Below, piece by piece: positions 40,345 to 54,653 of a stretch of DNA of 64,000 nucleotides (position 1 is its first letter; every line of letters starts with the position of its first letter). This DNA comes from Auanema rhodensis (taxonomy: Eukaryota; Animalia; Nematoda). The notes under the pieces were generated by a model, which was given only the letters and a program-made list of their open reading frames with translations, ran no database searches and was not told where the DNA came from. Position numbers and translations under genes: made by a program. The stretch lies in the NCBI GenBank assembly GCA_964057225.1, contig OZ059900.1, forward strand, positions 9,920,001 to 9,984,000, given 5' to 3'.

Positions 40345-43300
40345 TCTTATTTTTTTTTCTTGAAAATATTTCTTGTTGATTTGATGATTTTTCAACTCAA
40401 CCTAGTCTGTCAATTTTTTTTTCATGTCAATCCAAAACTAACAAATAAGAGTCTTAATATGATTTATGTAAAACTTTCCATACATAGTAAAGCATAAGCT
40501 TTTTTTTTCTTTTTTTTTGCTACTTTTTTCTTCTTTTGCTCATGTTTTTAGCATAATTAAGTTTACTATGCATTGAGTATATTGGCATAAAAGGTTCCTC
40601 TCAAACATTCACTTTGTCTCTTTCTCACTCTTTTGGCTAGCCAGCAAGACCGATGAGTTCAGCAATATAGATAGGATTTGTTAGAGAAACAGCAGCTAGT
40701 ATTGCTCATGCGATAATTTTGTCTGTCATCATATCAAAACTCTATTCGTCTCCTGTCTCGATGTCTGAATAAAAGGTCAGTCAAATTATCCATCGGAACG
40801 CTGCACTCTTCGTCCGTTAGGCCGACCAGTTGATCTTGTGTGCGCGTCTTTTGGTCATCTAAACTTCAGATGACTGATGTATTTGTTTCCTAGCATTTCG
40901 ATACAATAATTTACTTTCTCTCTGTGCTTCCTTTTACTTTCAGCTCATCTCTCGTTGACTCTTCTTCTACTCTATCATTCTTGTGTCTCATCCTATCTTC
41001 TGCCACTCGTAGCTCTCAACCGATCACTCAAGTAGTTGACAGATGCCGAGCTGCTCGAATGGTTAGAAAGGCTTAACAAGGTGTCACACATATTCTTTTC
41101 TTATTCTACAATCTCATCTATCTCTCATATTCTCTTTCATTCTATCTATCCTGGTCTTTTTCTTCATTCCCTCCCTGTCTTTCGAATATTCGTTCCGCAT
41201 CCCTCAGTTTATTTTCAACGTCTTGTTCTTCTTCTTTTATCTATTTGACTGATTTGTACATCCTTGTCGCTGTCTGCCCTGAAATTCGCCTTCTCAAGTT
41301 AATTTCTCTTCATTTTTCTGAGCATGCCTCTCAATTTCTTTTTGTTTCCCATGCCTCTCATTTCCCAATTAAGTACTTTTTGATCTTTTTACTCCTCCTC
41401 TCATACTTTTCCTCACCCTTTTCCGTTGCTCTACTGGCCAATTCTCCTCCTACTCCCCTCTCCTATGTCTCCTGAGTTACTCGACTAGTCTAAATTTTCA
41501 ATTCTGTTGATTCGATTGTCTCTAATCGCTCCATATATTGCAATTCATCCATCACTTTTCAACACAAAAGCTGTTACTCATTCAGCTGCCCTATACTCAT
41601 TACATGTGAATATAACATGAACTTATTTAACTATATATCATTACCATTTCATCTTTGAAGTTTCAAAAACTATGTAATTGCTCATCATTCTATTTGCATT
41701 GCAAACATTCAATTTTACTTGAGAACAGTTGTCAAAAATCATTTAAAAAATCAGTTTTCAGCTAGTGCGAATGTATGCAATTATTGCATTTCTCATATTC
41801 TGAATATTTATTTTGGTATTAAATGCATTTAACACGTTCAATTTCTTTTATATCTCCTTGCTTATTCTCTGTTCTGTTCTTTTTTTCCTCTCTCCTGTTC
41901 TTGCCCAGTTTTCCGGTCATCCATTTGTCTATCTCTTCGAGTTCGACGAGTAACACCTGTTGTTGACAACAGAGAAGTTAACCTCTGGCAAAACATCGAT
42001 ATCAGAACATATATCCGACTTCTTCTGATGAAAACTAGCAAAAGCAGACATTTTGAGATGAAAAAGTAAGAGAGATCTCTAAAAGAGATAATGATTAGTG
42101 TATGTCATTGATAGATCATACAAATACTTTAAAATCATGGGAGATTCAGTTGATATGCAGGATGTTTAGGAGAGAATAGAAATGTAGTGAAGATAGACAT
42201 GTGAAGTAGAGAAGATGGGAAGAGAAAAGAAAAGCAGTGAGGTAACGATGGACGAGTGATATGAATTGTGAAAAAAGGTAGAAGACAAGTTCTTGCTCAG
42301 CAATTGCTTGCTTACAACAGTAGAGATGTGCTTCTCAGTGCTAGGTCTTGTTGTGTTTATGTATCTGTCCTGTAGAAAAGCTTTTGCAAAAAATTGAGAT
42401 AAAAGAGGTCGAAGTCACAAGATAAGAAGAAATATTACAATTTTGAGATTAATATACGAAAATTGCGAAGAGATATCAAATTTAAAAGAGCAGGGAGAGA
42501 GAGCAAGGAGAGAGAAAGAGATTAATTATATATAGAAGAGTAAGAAATGATACTTTCGAGGGTTAGAGATGTAAATATGAATACTCGGGTAGATTGATTA
42601 CGAAATTGGAGAGGATAAAGCTTACTAAAGTCTTAGAAAGAGCATAAATATGGGAGAGAAAGCAGACAACTAGACAGAAAGAGAGACTTAGAGATGGAAT
42701 CTGATGTCACGATAACCATACTAAGCAGTTAGAGATGCCAGACAAAGCAGCAGATGGCAACATAGTTGTAGTGGCAGGTCAATTAAAAAGTTAGAGAAGA
42801 AGAGAAAGTGCTAGAAAAAGATATTTAGATATAATAAGAAAAACAGAGAGAGAAAGTGAAAACGAGAGACGAGAAGGAAAAAAAGATAAAAAGAGATTGA
42901 AATAAAGAGAGAGAGAAAGACTCAACAATTTTAGAGATAAGCTATAAATACATGAGAAAAATACTAAGAAGTCAATCGGAATGCCAAACCAATAGCTTTG
43001 GAGTGAAAATAAGGTGGAACATGATGACCAACCCGTTCGTCTAGCTTCTCTCCTCTTTGTGTTTTCACATGCTTCTTTCTCATTCGTCTTCTTCGAACTT
43101 CATGAACACCGACACCTCACTAGGCAGACTTCTTGATGCCAATTGCCATTTGTCTTTCCGACTTCCATAGCTGTCAGCTTTTCGATGCGCATGTCTGCAG
43201 TATTGGCTAGTCCACCACAAAAGCAGCAGCAGGCGCAGTTTCGACTGCACAGCATTTTTAGCACATTGAAAGCTACTGCTGTAGATGACCCATGAGAAAA

Positions 43301-44192
43301 GTTTGATGATTGAGTACAAAAATGAATAATAGCCCACTTGTTGCGAAGGCTAACTATTTCACACCCTTAACGCTGCTTCTTTCATCTTTGAGACGCGGAA
43401 GATCTGTTGCACAATCGTTTTTCAAATATCTAAAAGAAGTGGCAATGACTGCTGAAGGCAACAGAAGAGCAAACAACGTTGTTGTTTCTTATGTAAACCT
43501 TTCTTCTCATTCTGTTGCTTTTGCTCATTTACTTTCTTGCCACCCCTCTCTTCCTTATTCGCCGCCCTCACTCATTGCCTTCCTTATTTCATCTCAATTC
43601 TACTTCATATTAAAATCACTTTTAATATCCTTTTTGCTTTTATTCTCTTTTCATTTCTCTCTCTTTTCCTCTCTCTCAACATTTAAACGGTGTCCCTCCT
43701 TCTTCTCTTCATGTGCTCTTTCCTCTATTCCTTCCATTGCCATCGACTAATCCAACATCAGTCTCTTTAAGGTTTCCTTTCGTAGAACAACAAACGACAC
43801 CCTTGCGAGAAGAGATTAAAGTTTCAATAAACAAAACATACGATGCAGGCATTTAGTTCGTATTGCCTCCAACTATTTTATTTATTTTTTGAATTGAAAT
43901 AGGAATTCAACTATATCTTCTGATTTCATACAAATACCTTTGAGTTTTCATTCTTTTGTTTCTCTTTTTTCTTTTTTTTTTCAATTTCACCGGAAATGAA
44001 TTTAAGTAAAGTTTTGCTATAATATGAAATAGTTACACGAATATGCCGTTATATTATTTTTTCTCGTTCTGATATTCCGTAGTGCTTGTTCAATGCTCTC
44101 TCTCTTTTTTTCTTAATTATAAGAAAAAATATGCATTTTTTAGTAAAATTAAATTAATATATTCTATTGTTTTTTAGCTTTTATCAGCTGGA

Positions 44193-47100
44193 ATGCTGCT
44201 ATACTACTTAGCAGCAATATTCAAAGGGTTACATCCCCGTGTTGACGATGACTTTGTGGACAAGCTCAACTATCATTATACGTCAGCTATTATCTTTGCT
44301 TTCGCAATCATAGTGTCAGCAAAGCAGTATGTAGGTATGTCAAACAAGCTTCATATTCCTTTTCTTATGTCAAATGCTGTCGCACTCATCATGTCATGCT
44401 TACTACGGATCAGATGAGAACGAGAAAAAAGAGTGAACAGAGTTTTTTTTCTGTTTTAATGACAGAGACGAACGAGAATCCTTGATCTGTGATCTGCTGT
44501 TTTTAAATCAGTCTTAAAGTTTCTTATCGTAAGCTTGGTAGAAAAGTTTTTATTCTTTTCGAGTGATTTCACAAAATTTTCTTTTTTCACTCATCTTGTC
44601 GACTATCTTTTCGTTTTTCTTGCAGTTCTCGGTAGAGAGAATGAAACGAAATTAGTCTCATTTGTCAATTTAAGATACTCTCCGTAAGCAGTAAAATGAA
44701 TCCAGTTGAGCTAACTATATTATAGATAGTCGAGTTAGGACTACCATAATCTGAGCATGGATTTTGATCATTAAGAGACACATAGCTCTCGTTAAATTAA
44801 CAGCAGAGCCTTGACCGAGTAAAGAATAAGAAAATATGTTTTGTCCGGTGTCAAATTCATCTGCTTAGCTACATCTCATTACCGATTTCTCAAATCACAA
44901 TGAAACTAAGTAGAGTTGCAAAACATTTTTAACGTTTTCAATAACGACAATTCTCAAGATTTTTATTTAAAAAAGTTGAAAATTGTAAATTTAAACAATT
45001 TGCTCAATTATTACATAGAAATGTTTGGTGAATATAATAAAATAAGCCCAAAAACTATGGATGCACTTCCTCATATATCAAAAGCGTTTTGTATATGTGA
45101 CAACTATGTGTCACATAGTAAACTGAAACGTCACATAGTCTTCAGCATTCAAGTACTAGTTAATTGTTATATACATTTGACATTATTTCAATAGAAAAAT
45201 GTCTAAAATGCGTAGGTGGAAATTGAAGATATACTGCTTAATCTTGAAGAATATTGAAAAATTTCAATTCGTTTCAATATATTTTGTTTCAGCTCTGACC
45301 AAAAATGATTGAATTATGAGTTAATACGCGAAATTATATGAAAAATCAACTTATACCGAACTTTTATTTCACAAATTCTACGTTTTCTCTGAAGTTTATA
45401 AAGCAAAGATTATGAAATTATAATTTTTATTTGAAAACTATTAGGAATATGATCGGATTGAACTGGATTATGGATTTTCATTAATACATCTTTCAATTCT
45501 ATTTTAGAGATTTGATAAGCTCAAGAAATTAATTTTTTCTTTCATTTAAAATTAGATTTTAATAAGCTTCGTTGTAGAACAGTTATATTTCAAATGAATA
45601 TCATAATATTGAATCAAAACTGGCTAAATGAAACTAATAACCTTTCATACTACGTATTAATTTGCATTTTTCAATTTATAAATAATCTTAAATATGAATT
45701 AAAAGCATAATATTGAACATATCAGAGCATTTTCAACAAGTGACAAACTTTTAAATGTTGGAAAAATACGAAAAAAATAAAAATTTACGTGAAAATTGTG
45801 GAAAAAATATAAATATTCTCAAAGATTTATATGAGATTAGTTATATGCACATGTTCTTGAACTGTAAACTTAACTATATATTAATATATAATAAATAGTC
45901 CAAGTTAATGGAAGATTGAGGAAATTTAACGTATTTCATTTAATGAAAAGTAAACAAAGCGTTAACTATTCGAAATTGTCTCATCCTGCTGATTCAAAAT
46001 GAAATTTCGGCAGGAAATTCGTTAAAACTAAAATTGAATTTTTCAAGAAAATCGAAAAATGACTATATTTTTAGATTTTTTTTTCTCACACAGACTAGAT
46101 GATATAGTGTGACAGTTGACTGAAAATAACGCAAATAGAATAATCATATAATCATTAACATGTTGCAGGTTATCCTATTCAGTGCTGGGTGCCAGCTCAG
46201 TTTACGGATGCTTGGGAGCAATATACAGAGAATTATTGCTGGGTAGAAAATACATATTACCTGCCATTAACAAGCGCTTTCCCATTAGAATATGGAGATA
46301 GAAGGTATGTTTTAAAAACATTCTTCTACAACTTGTTAAAGTTTACGCTGTAAAGCTCTTACTTTTTACATTGTAAAAGAATAGTTTCTTAATTATGCTA
46401 ATTATACTCAATTTGAATATTATAGAGCTCGGCAAATCAGCTACTATCAATGGGTACCATTCGTGCTCGCCTTAGAAGCTCTATGCTTCTATATACCTTG
46501 CATCATGTGGCGAGGCCTATTACATTGGCATTCAGGTATGATTTTTAAAAAATTTATTAAATTTGAAAAGGAAAATTAAAATTTTGAACAAAATTCTATA
46601 ATTTATTCCGAAAACTCGTTTCAACTATGAGTAATCTTAGTTTTTTTTCTTCAAATTCTATACACAAGAGAATCAACGGTATCTGACAAGTATATATACG
46701 GATGACAAATTGACAACGATAGCTGTTTGCAGGCATCAATGTGCAGTCTCTAACTCAAATGGCATGTGATGCTAGAATGATGGATGCGGATGCTCGTGCC
46801 GCAACAGTTCAAACAATAGCCGGACACATGGAAGATGCTCTAGAAATACAACGAGAGGTCTGCTTTCAACTCTTTTAAAATTTGTTATAGATATGTATAG
46901 GATATATTATGATAAATGAATTGAAAAGCTCAAAAGCGTGGGGAGTTTTGAGATGCGAATAAAGGAAGAGGCAAGAGCAGAATGAAAGCTTTTGAATAGT
47001 AAAAAGTTTGAAAGATGGAGAAGAATGAGAAAAGAATGTAAATTGAGCACGAGATAGGAACGTTATGATGGATTCCTAAAGCCTTATTGGCAACAAAAAT

Positions 47101-49776
47101 AGTTATGATGGAATAGGATCAGGGGAACATATAGCTGAAGGATAAGCTGAATCATTCACTTCTTTTAAGTTTTCTAAAAAAACAGAAAAAAAACAGATGT
47201 AACAAAATTTGCTTAACTATATACTATATTAGGGTTCAAATATTAGTGAGGAAATAAGTATATGATATAGTTTACGATACCAGATAAGTAAAATATGTAA
47301 TAATATTGTTATAGGTGACTGACGTATCTGGTTTGTGTGTTTCTAAACGATGGGGCAACTATGTGACGTGCCTATATGTATTTATTAAAATGCTATATCT
47401 AGGCAATGTGGTTCTTCAGGTAATATACTATTACTATAAAAAATATAATAATTAACTATATGTATATAACTATTTAAGGTTTTCATTTTGAATAGCTTTT
47501 TGGGTACTGATAACATGTTCTATGGATTTCATATCCTAAAGGACCTGTTAAATGGCCGTGAATGGGAAGTGAGCGGCAACTTCCCACGTGTAACCATGTG
47601 TGATTTTGAGGTAAGCACATACTCGTTATAATTATAATATGTTCATTAACTATATTCTAGGTCCGAGTACTGGGAAATGTTCATCATCATACAGTACAAT
47701 GTGTTCTCATGATTAACATGTTCAATGAAAAGATATTTTTATTTTTATGGTTAGTTACACTAATTATAATCAATTTCAATATATTTTCCTTTGATTATAG
47801 GTTCTGGTATTTTATGGTTTCAATCGTAACTGTAACATCGATGTTCCATTGGCTACTTATTTCATTTTTACCTGGACAACATATGAAATTTATAAGAAAA
47901 TATTTACGAGCTACTGATCTAGCTACTGATAGACAATCTGTGAAGAAGTTTGTTCACAAATTCCTTGGCTTTGATGGGGTAAAACAAGTTGTTTATTATT
48001 CTAATTAATGAATATATATATTCAGGTTTTCTGTATGCGAATGATATCAGCACATGCTGGAGATATCATGGCCACAGAACTTATCGTAGCGCTCTGGCAT
48101 AACTTTAACGATAGAGTAAGAAAGGTTAGTTGAAATAGCTTTTTTTACGTTCTTTTCAATTTGCAAATCAAATCAGATAAAATTTATTCCAAAACAAGAA
48201 AAAAAGAAAAAAAGAATATTTTGATTGAAAAATAATTTTTTTTTAAATTCTCATCACATCTCTCACACAGCCTGAAATCACCTACACTATAGGCACATAG
48301 GCACATATAGTCTTGATATTTTGATTTTTATTTTGATTATTTATACTAAATTATTTACCTTTATCAGCTATCGATTTATTTTTCTTTTGTTTTGTTTGTT
48401 ATGAAACTATTTTCAATTTTTCTCTATTAGATTAGGAATATTTTGAAATAGCTGATGCAAAAGACAAAAGTTTAGGTATAAAACTGAACAGAAAACATTC
48501 GTCAGCCACAAAGTTATTTCAACATACTCTCCATTCTTTGTGCTTAATTTAAAACATTTTTTTTTATTATTCTTTTTATTTATTTATTTTAATATTGATT
48601 TTTGTGTTTCAAACATAAAAACAGAAAAAGAAGTTGTCCATTGATTTGTTTGTTTCTAGTCAATGCAAGAGATAGGATTGGAGAACTAGGCAAATCTTTT
48701 TATGCATGTGTGTCTCATAATAGTCTCTTCTCTGCTGTCAAAAAACGGGACAACCAGCGGCCGCATACGATATTTGTCAGCTGATAACGTTGAACAAATA
48801 TCGCAAAAGGTCTAGTAAAACATTAGAAATATGCGAAATTTTCACTTCTCCTGTCCGGGTTGCTTGTTCTTCACTTTGTCAGCTAAGTTGTAAACATGAA
48901 TAAACTTTTTTTTTTGGATCAAAAAATGCGATATCAATTGAGAGAATAGAAAGTAAGGCATTTACACCGTATAGCCTTTTTTGTTCCAAAAAAAAGTTTT
49001 TGAAATGAACATTGGTTGCGCTTTTACTCTAGTTTTTCCCTTCCTCTCTCCCTCTTACCTCAATCTACACCTGTCTGATTTGTTTTATTCTTCCTTTTCG
49101 TTTGAAATAAAAAACTTCTAGTTATAACCTATATAAATAAGAGCCTGTGACGCACACTATACTATAGTTAACTTGATATGCTGTTGAATATTTCGAGTTG
49201 ATATCCCAAACTTCCCTACGTTACCCTCTCTTCCCTTTCCATGAATGCTGCTTCCTGTGATTGTCAAGTTGTTCAATATTTAGTATTATATATATTATAA
49301 TGTACATTGAATAATTAAAAACTATTTTCAGAGTCCAATTGAAATGTTCGAAGGTGGTGTCAGTCAATCTCCTAACAAACTTGATGCTAATTTTAAAACA
49401 TGGTTGCTAGGCCAGACAAGGTAACATATGAGTCATCGTTTGTCAAGCTAACAGTTTTTATACTCCATTAACTAATAAACAACTGTCAATTCTATATAGA
49501 TGTATACTATTTCTCGAGAAAAAAACTATTAATTTAAGGCAAAAACAATTTCCATAATCTTTAACAAACTGTTACTTGATTTACAACGTACTTACTCACC
49601 GTTACACTCATGCACCATGATTCCAATTCACTCAATCAATACCATAATGTCTGATCATAACTCACCGTCTTTTATGCTAATTTATTTTCAGATCCAAGCC
49701 GCAATTTGATGGTTCAAATCTAACACGAGCCAAACGACAACGACGTAAATCTGACGGATATTTCACCTTTGTATAG
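44193..49776 (+). CDS. inx-1: Innexin gap-junction protein, INX-1 ortholog; exons 44193-44334, 46169-46304, 46426-46535, 46733-46857, 47315-47419, 47479-47610, 47661-47749, 47801-47978, 48026-48124, 49332-49420, 49692-49776
   Basis: Spliced translation [115 protein letters not shown]. Innexin motifs are unambiguous; the inx-1 assignment rests on my recollection of the C. elegans protein. Confidence 0.93.
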
Positions 49777-51001
49777 CCAAAATACAGTATATATATATAT
49801 TCAATATTTTTTCTCATTTTATAATATATTTCTAATATTGATTATATGATTATCGATTGATATCACGTGTTTTCTATTGAAAACAGCCGATTCATTCTTT
49901 TCTTATCCATGCCTCCCCGCCCCTTACTTCATTCTGCAACTACCTTCTTTGGATTTGATGAACGAATTGATATTGCTGGTAGCAGTAGTTATGTGTCAAC
50001 TTAGCGACAGACAGACTTGATACCGTATACCAAACTAGCTGTTTTATCGTTCTCATCATTATCCTTTGACCACATCTCAACATGTCAAACATCGAGAAAC
50101 ATTTATATACTCTTCTATCTTCACATAGTTAACTAATTCTATTTCAATTACGAATGATATAATCCATTTTCGGATTTGAATTTTATACATTTTTATATGA
50201 AATTTTCAATATTTTTGAATTTTTATCTTAAAAATCCCAGTTCTTTCTCCAAAGTCCATTCACCGATTTCATATATGTGTATATGAAGACGTGACTTGGT
50301 TTTTGCCTTTCTCTAGTTCAATGAGTATCTCTTTTGGTCCAGTCCTTTATTTTAAAAATTCTTAACGCAGAAGACAATTTTGAAAATTACTTCCCTATAT
50401 TTTGGTTGTGTCTGCCCTCAATCTATCAACATTTGTGCCATGTGTCATGAAAACTCTGACCTACTATATGTATACATATAATATAATATAATATAATATA
50501 TACGTATATATATATATCTATATATCTATAGTATAGTTAGTATTTAAAATTTACATTTTACTTATTAACTAGATGAAGAAAAAACTCGTTTTCTTTAATA
50601 ATAATAATAATTTTACTTGAAAAAATGAAAGAAAAGAAAGAAAATTATTTTCTTTTTTCTTTGTTTTTTCAACATTTGTCTTGTGAAACATACATTTAAT
50701 TTTCAAATTTAATTTGATCACGATACTGTGAATGTCTCTTAACTAAAAAGTGAAATGTAAAACGATCCCTTAGAATTTTCTGCCTGATTTTGCCAAAAAA
50801 AACAGAAACAAAACCAATTTATCTTTTACTTTTCATCATTTTCTTTGTTTTTTTTACTATTTTGTAATTATACATTTTGATTATTTTTTGACTTTACATT
50901 TACATTAAAGAAGAAGAAACGTATACGCACGAAACAAATTTCTAGCAATTATTGTTGTTGGCACCGTTTACATATAGTATATTATATTATAATATGATGT
51001 A

Positions 51002-51032
<31 letters not shown>

Positions 51033-52513
51033 CATATATTATTATATATTTATATATGTATAGTTTATATTATAAGATATAGATTAGATATATATTTATA
51101 TATACTTTACTATATCGCACACATCCTTTTATTTTTCGTCTAGCCCTTCTCTCATCGCATTGTTCTTCCTTTTTAGTCTTCTTCTGGTTACTGCATCTAA
51201 TTCATACAACCCCACTAGTTCTTCAAGTTTTGTAATTTTCTCAGTAAAATCAATGAGCAACAAAAATGGGAATAGTGGTTAACGTATCGAAGTTTTACTT
51301 TCCTTCATATACACAAAAGCTAGATATTTCTCTTTCTGTCTTTATCTTTATCAAATAATTCACCTTCACACTCTCATCCTCTTTTCGGTTTTTTTCTCTA
51401 TATTCCAGTTCGCCCCCAATTTTTTTATAGTTCTTGATTTTAAATAGGTTTTTATCAACTTTTTTTAAAACTTGAAACTACCTTTTCAATTTCTAGTCTT
51501 GTATTACTGTTCTAGCTTCACATCTGCCCTCTTCTTTCGTTTATCCATATAACTTGTTGTACACATAATAATGCCAGGCTGTTGAATATTATTGAAATTA
51601 ATTTGTTTCATCTGATCTCTTTCTTCATTCGTGATGAATGTTCTGCACTTACTCATATTACTTTATTTTCTGTTTCTTGTGCCATATGTATCAATCTACT
51701 TATTGTACTTGAAAAGATTCGTTTTTTTTCTGAAAAAAATCTTTTGTATACGTTAAATGAATTATATGAATTGATATTATTGTTGATTAAGGAAGATTAA
51801 TTAGACAAAAAATGATTATTCCAAATGTATGAAAAAAATGTGTTTCAATTACAAAAACTGAACCAAAATAAAAAAACTGGTAATTACGTATTTACATATT
51901 TTAATGTTTGTTGAATTTAAAATATTGCATTCTCCACCCATATAATATACGATGCAGAAAATAATAAGCTCAGCCATTTTTTTTTAGAGTATAAAAATTA
52001 AATATTATCTATAACGGGCCTCATGAGACCCTGATTTTCAAATTTTGGATTCTCACTATCTATTTAGTGAGGAAAATAACAAGAATCCGATTCAGATAAG
52101 AGATTCAATCCAACATGAATCTCAATATAGAGACCGTATTCTGTTTAGTTCATTATTGATTTTTACAGTAATATATATTGTATTTTAACATGAAATAGTA
52201 TAACATCTTGGTGTAATGGTTGTGTTTCAGGTTAGTTGATAAACTCTCCTTGGATCATATCTTCTTCAGGTAAGTTACGAAAATAAAAATAATCACAACT
52301 CTCTATCCCTCTCTCTCACTCCCTCTCTCTCTCAAAACCACACTCAATTGCAATATATCCTTCCTACTTCATCATGTATTCTCTCTATATATACTGAATA
52401 CCTTATATCAGCTTCACAATCCTTGATTCTGGTGTATACAACGATTTCCTCCATTTTCCGGTTACCTATCGTGTCTATCACCTGATTTATGAGAATTAAA
52501 CAATATTAATATA

Positions 52514-52584
52514 AACATAGTGGTCTAGTGGTCTGAGTATTGGTCTGCAGTCTGCACAGGCAAAGTACAATCCCTTTCTGCGTT
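52514..52584 (+). pseudogene. Degenerate tRNA-like sequence (Cys-GCA-like loop); pseudogene or SINE-type head
   Basis: A-box TGGTCTAGTGG (52521-52531), loop CTGCAGT, degenerate B-box GTACAATCC (52565-52573), acceptor stem AACATAG/CTGCGTT with 6 of 7 pairs, then a T run. Anticodon and T stems are broken. Confidence 0.5.
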
Positions 52585-54653
52585 TTTTTAAGAAAATCGA
52601 TAGCATGTCGAGAATCCAAAAAACGCTCGGATGGATTTTGAACAAGAAAAAGTGATCATTTTGGTATTTGAAAGCTGATATCTCTGTACAAACTCAATAT
52701 TTTTAAATTTTAATTGAGCCATTCTGTAATTCTGAATCACTGCTTCTCGCTCACAAAGATTTCAACTACTTTCTCTTTTGGTTTGAAAGTTATAGCTTCA
52801 TGAATATGAGATATGAAGCCTAAAGTTAGACTTTGAACAGCTCTATCTCCTTAACCATGAAGATTTTCAACAATTTTCGATCGGATTCACAATCTACGTA
52901 CTGAGATCTATCGAATGAACTGTCTATATTGAAGTTTGAAGCACTTTGAAATTTTGAAAATTAATGAAATTAGCCATTTTCAGATTTGAGAATTAAAAAT
53001 GTTGCGTTTTCTAACTTTTAACTAGCTTATACGATAGAGTTGAACATGCTGATTTCAAATTTGAAAATCTCGATTTTCAATTTTCACTTCTGAAGGAGTT
53101 ATGAGACTTTAAAGTTGTTGACGTTGAGTATTCAGAAGGATATATCTCCGTTCAGACGAATTTTCAGAAACTCGCAATTATCAGAATCTACTTCTACGAG
53201 TTTGATTCACCTATGTGATGAATTTCAAAGCATTTCCTTAAAATTTTTAGTTTTTGAAGAAATCATCCCATTCCATGTACTCCTCCCTTACCTACTTTTC
53301 GACCTAAAATCGATCGATAAACCGTCTACTCTGAAGTTTTTTTACTTTTATAGGTTCAGAAGAGTTTTAGATAATTGTAGTATTTGACGTTATTCATATG
53401 TCATAGTTAACTATGTGATATGAACTCAGATATATATTCTAAGATTATTCTTGTTTCATCTTCCAATGTATTGTCAATCTCGTTTTGATGTTCAAAGGTT
53501 TTACAAAGGAGAATATAATGAGAAACTAAGATTCCAAGTTTAAGAAGAGCAATCTTTACGTTGTTTCGTCTATAAAACTTTAATTCGTTATAGTTAATAT
53601 CATATAATTAACAAAAAAATTAGAAATTTTCAAAATCTTCCCATGAAAACGGATGTTTTAGGTGGAAAAGTAGGTAAGGTTGCTCTTCTTATACTTGGAA
53701 TCTTAGTTTCTCATTATATTCTCCTTTATGATACCTTTTAACATCAAAACGAGATTGACAATACGTTGGAAGATGAAACAAGGATAATCTTAGAATATAT
53801 ATCTGAGTTCATATCACATAGTTAACTATGACATATATATATATATAACGTCAAATACTATAATTATCTAAAACTCTTCTGAACCTATAAAAGTAAAAAA
53901 ACTTCAGAGTAGACGGTTTATCGATCGATTTTAGGTCGAAAAGTAGGTAAGGGGGGAGTACATGGAATGGGATGATTTCTTCAAAAACTAAAAATTTTAA
54001 GGAAATGCTTTGAAATTCATTACACAGGTGAATCAAACTCGTAGAAGTAGATTCTGATAATTGCGAGTTTCTGAAAATTCGTCTGAACGGAGATATATCC
54101 TTCTGAATACTCAACGTTAAAAACTTTAAAGGCTCGTAACTCCTTTGAAAGTGAAAATTGAAAATCGGGATTCTCAAATTTGAAATCAGCATGTTCAACT
54201 GTATCGTATAAGCTAGTTAAAAGTTAGAAAGCTCGAAAATTTTATTTCTCAAATCTGAAAATGGCTAATTTCATTATTTTTCAAAATTTCAAAGTGCTCC
54301 AAACTTCAATATAGACAGTTCATTGGATAGATCTCATTACGTAGATTCCGAATCCGTTCGAAAATTTTAATAAACATCAATGGTTAAGGAGATAGAGCAG
54401 TTCAAAGTCTAACTTCAAGCTTTATGTCTCATATTCATGCAGCTATAACTTTCAAACCAAATGAGGAAGTTTTGAATTTTTCTGTGAGCTAGAAGAGATG
54501 ATGCAGAACTACAGAAAGGCTCGATTAAAATTTGAAAATATCGAATTTGAACAGAGATATCAGCTTTCAAATATCAAAATAAACACTTTTTCTTGTTTAA
54601 AATCCATCTGAGCGTTTTTTGGATTTTCGATTTGCTGTCGATTTTCTCAAAAA

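Noticed and set aside
17456-43750. Many 60-146 aa ORFs rich in F, L, S, I and Y
   Set aside because: Translations of T/C-rich low-complexity DNA and microsatellites, with no coherent exon chains or domains.
53115-54198. Paired ORFs 53115-53387 and 53851-54198
   Set aside because: They lie in the palindrome arms, one copy has an upstream in-frame stop, and no transposase motifs are present.
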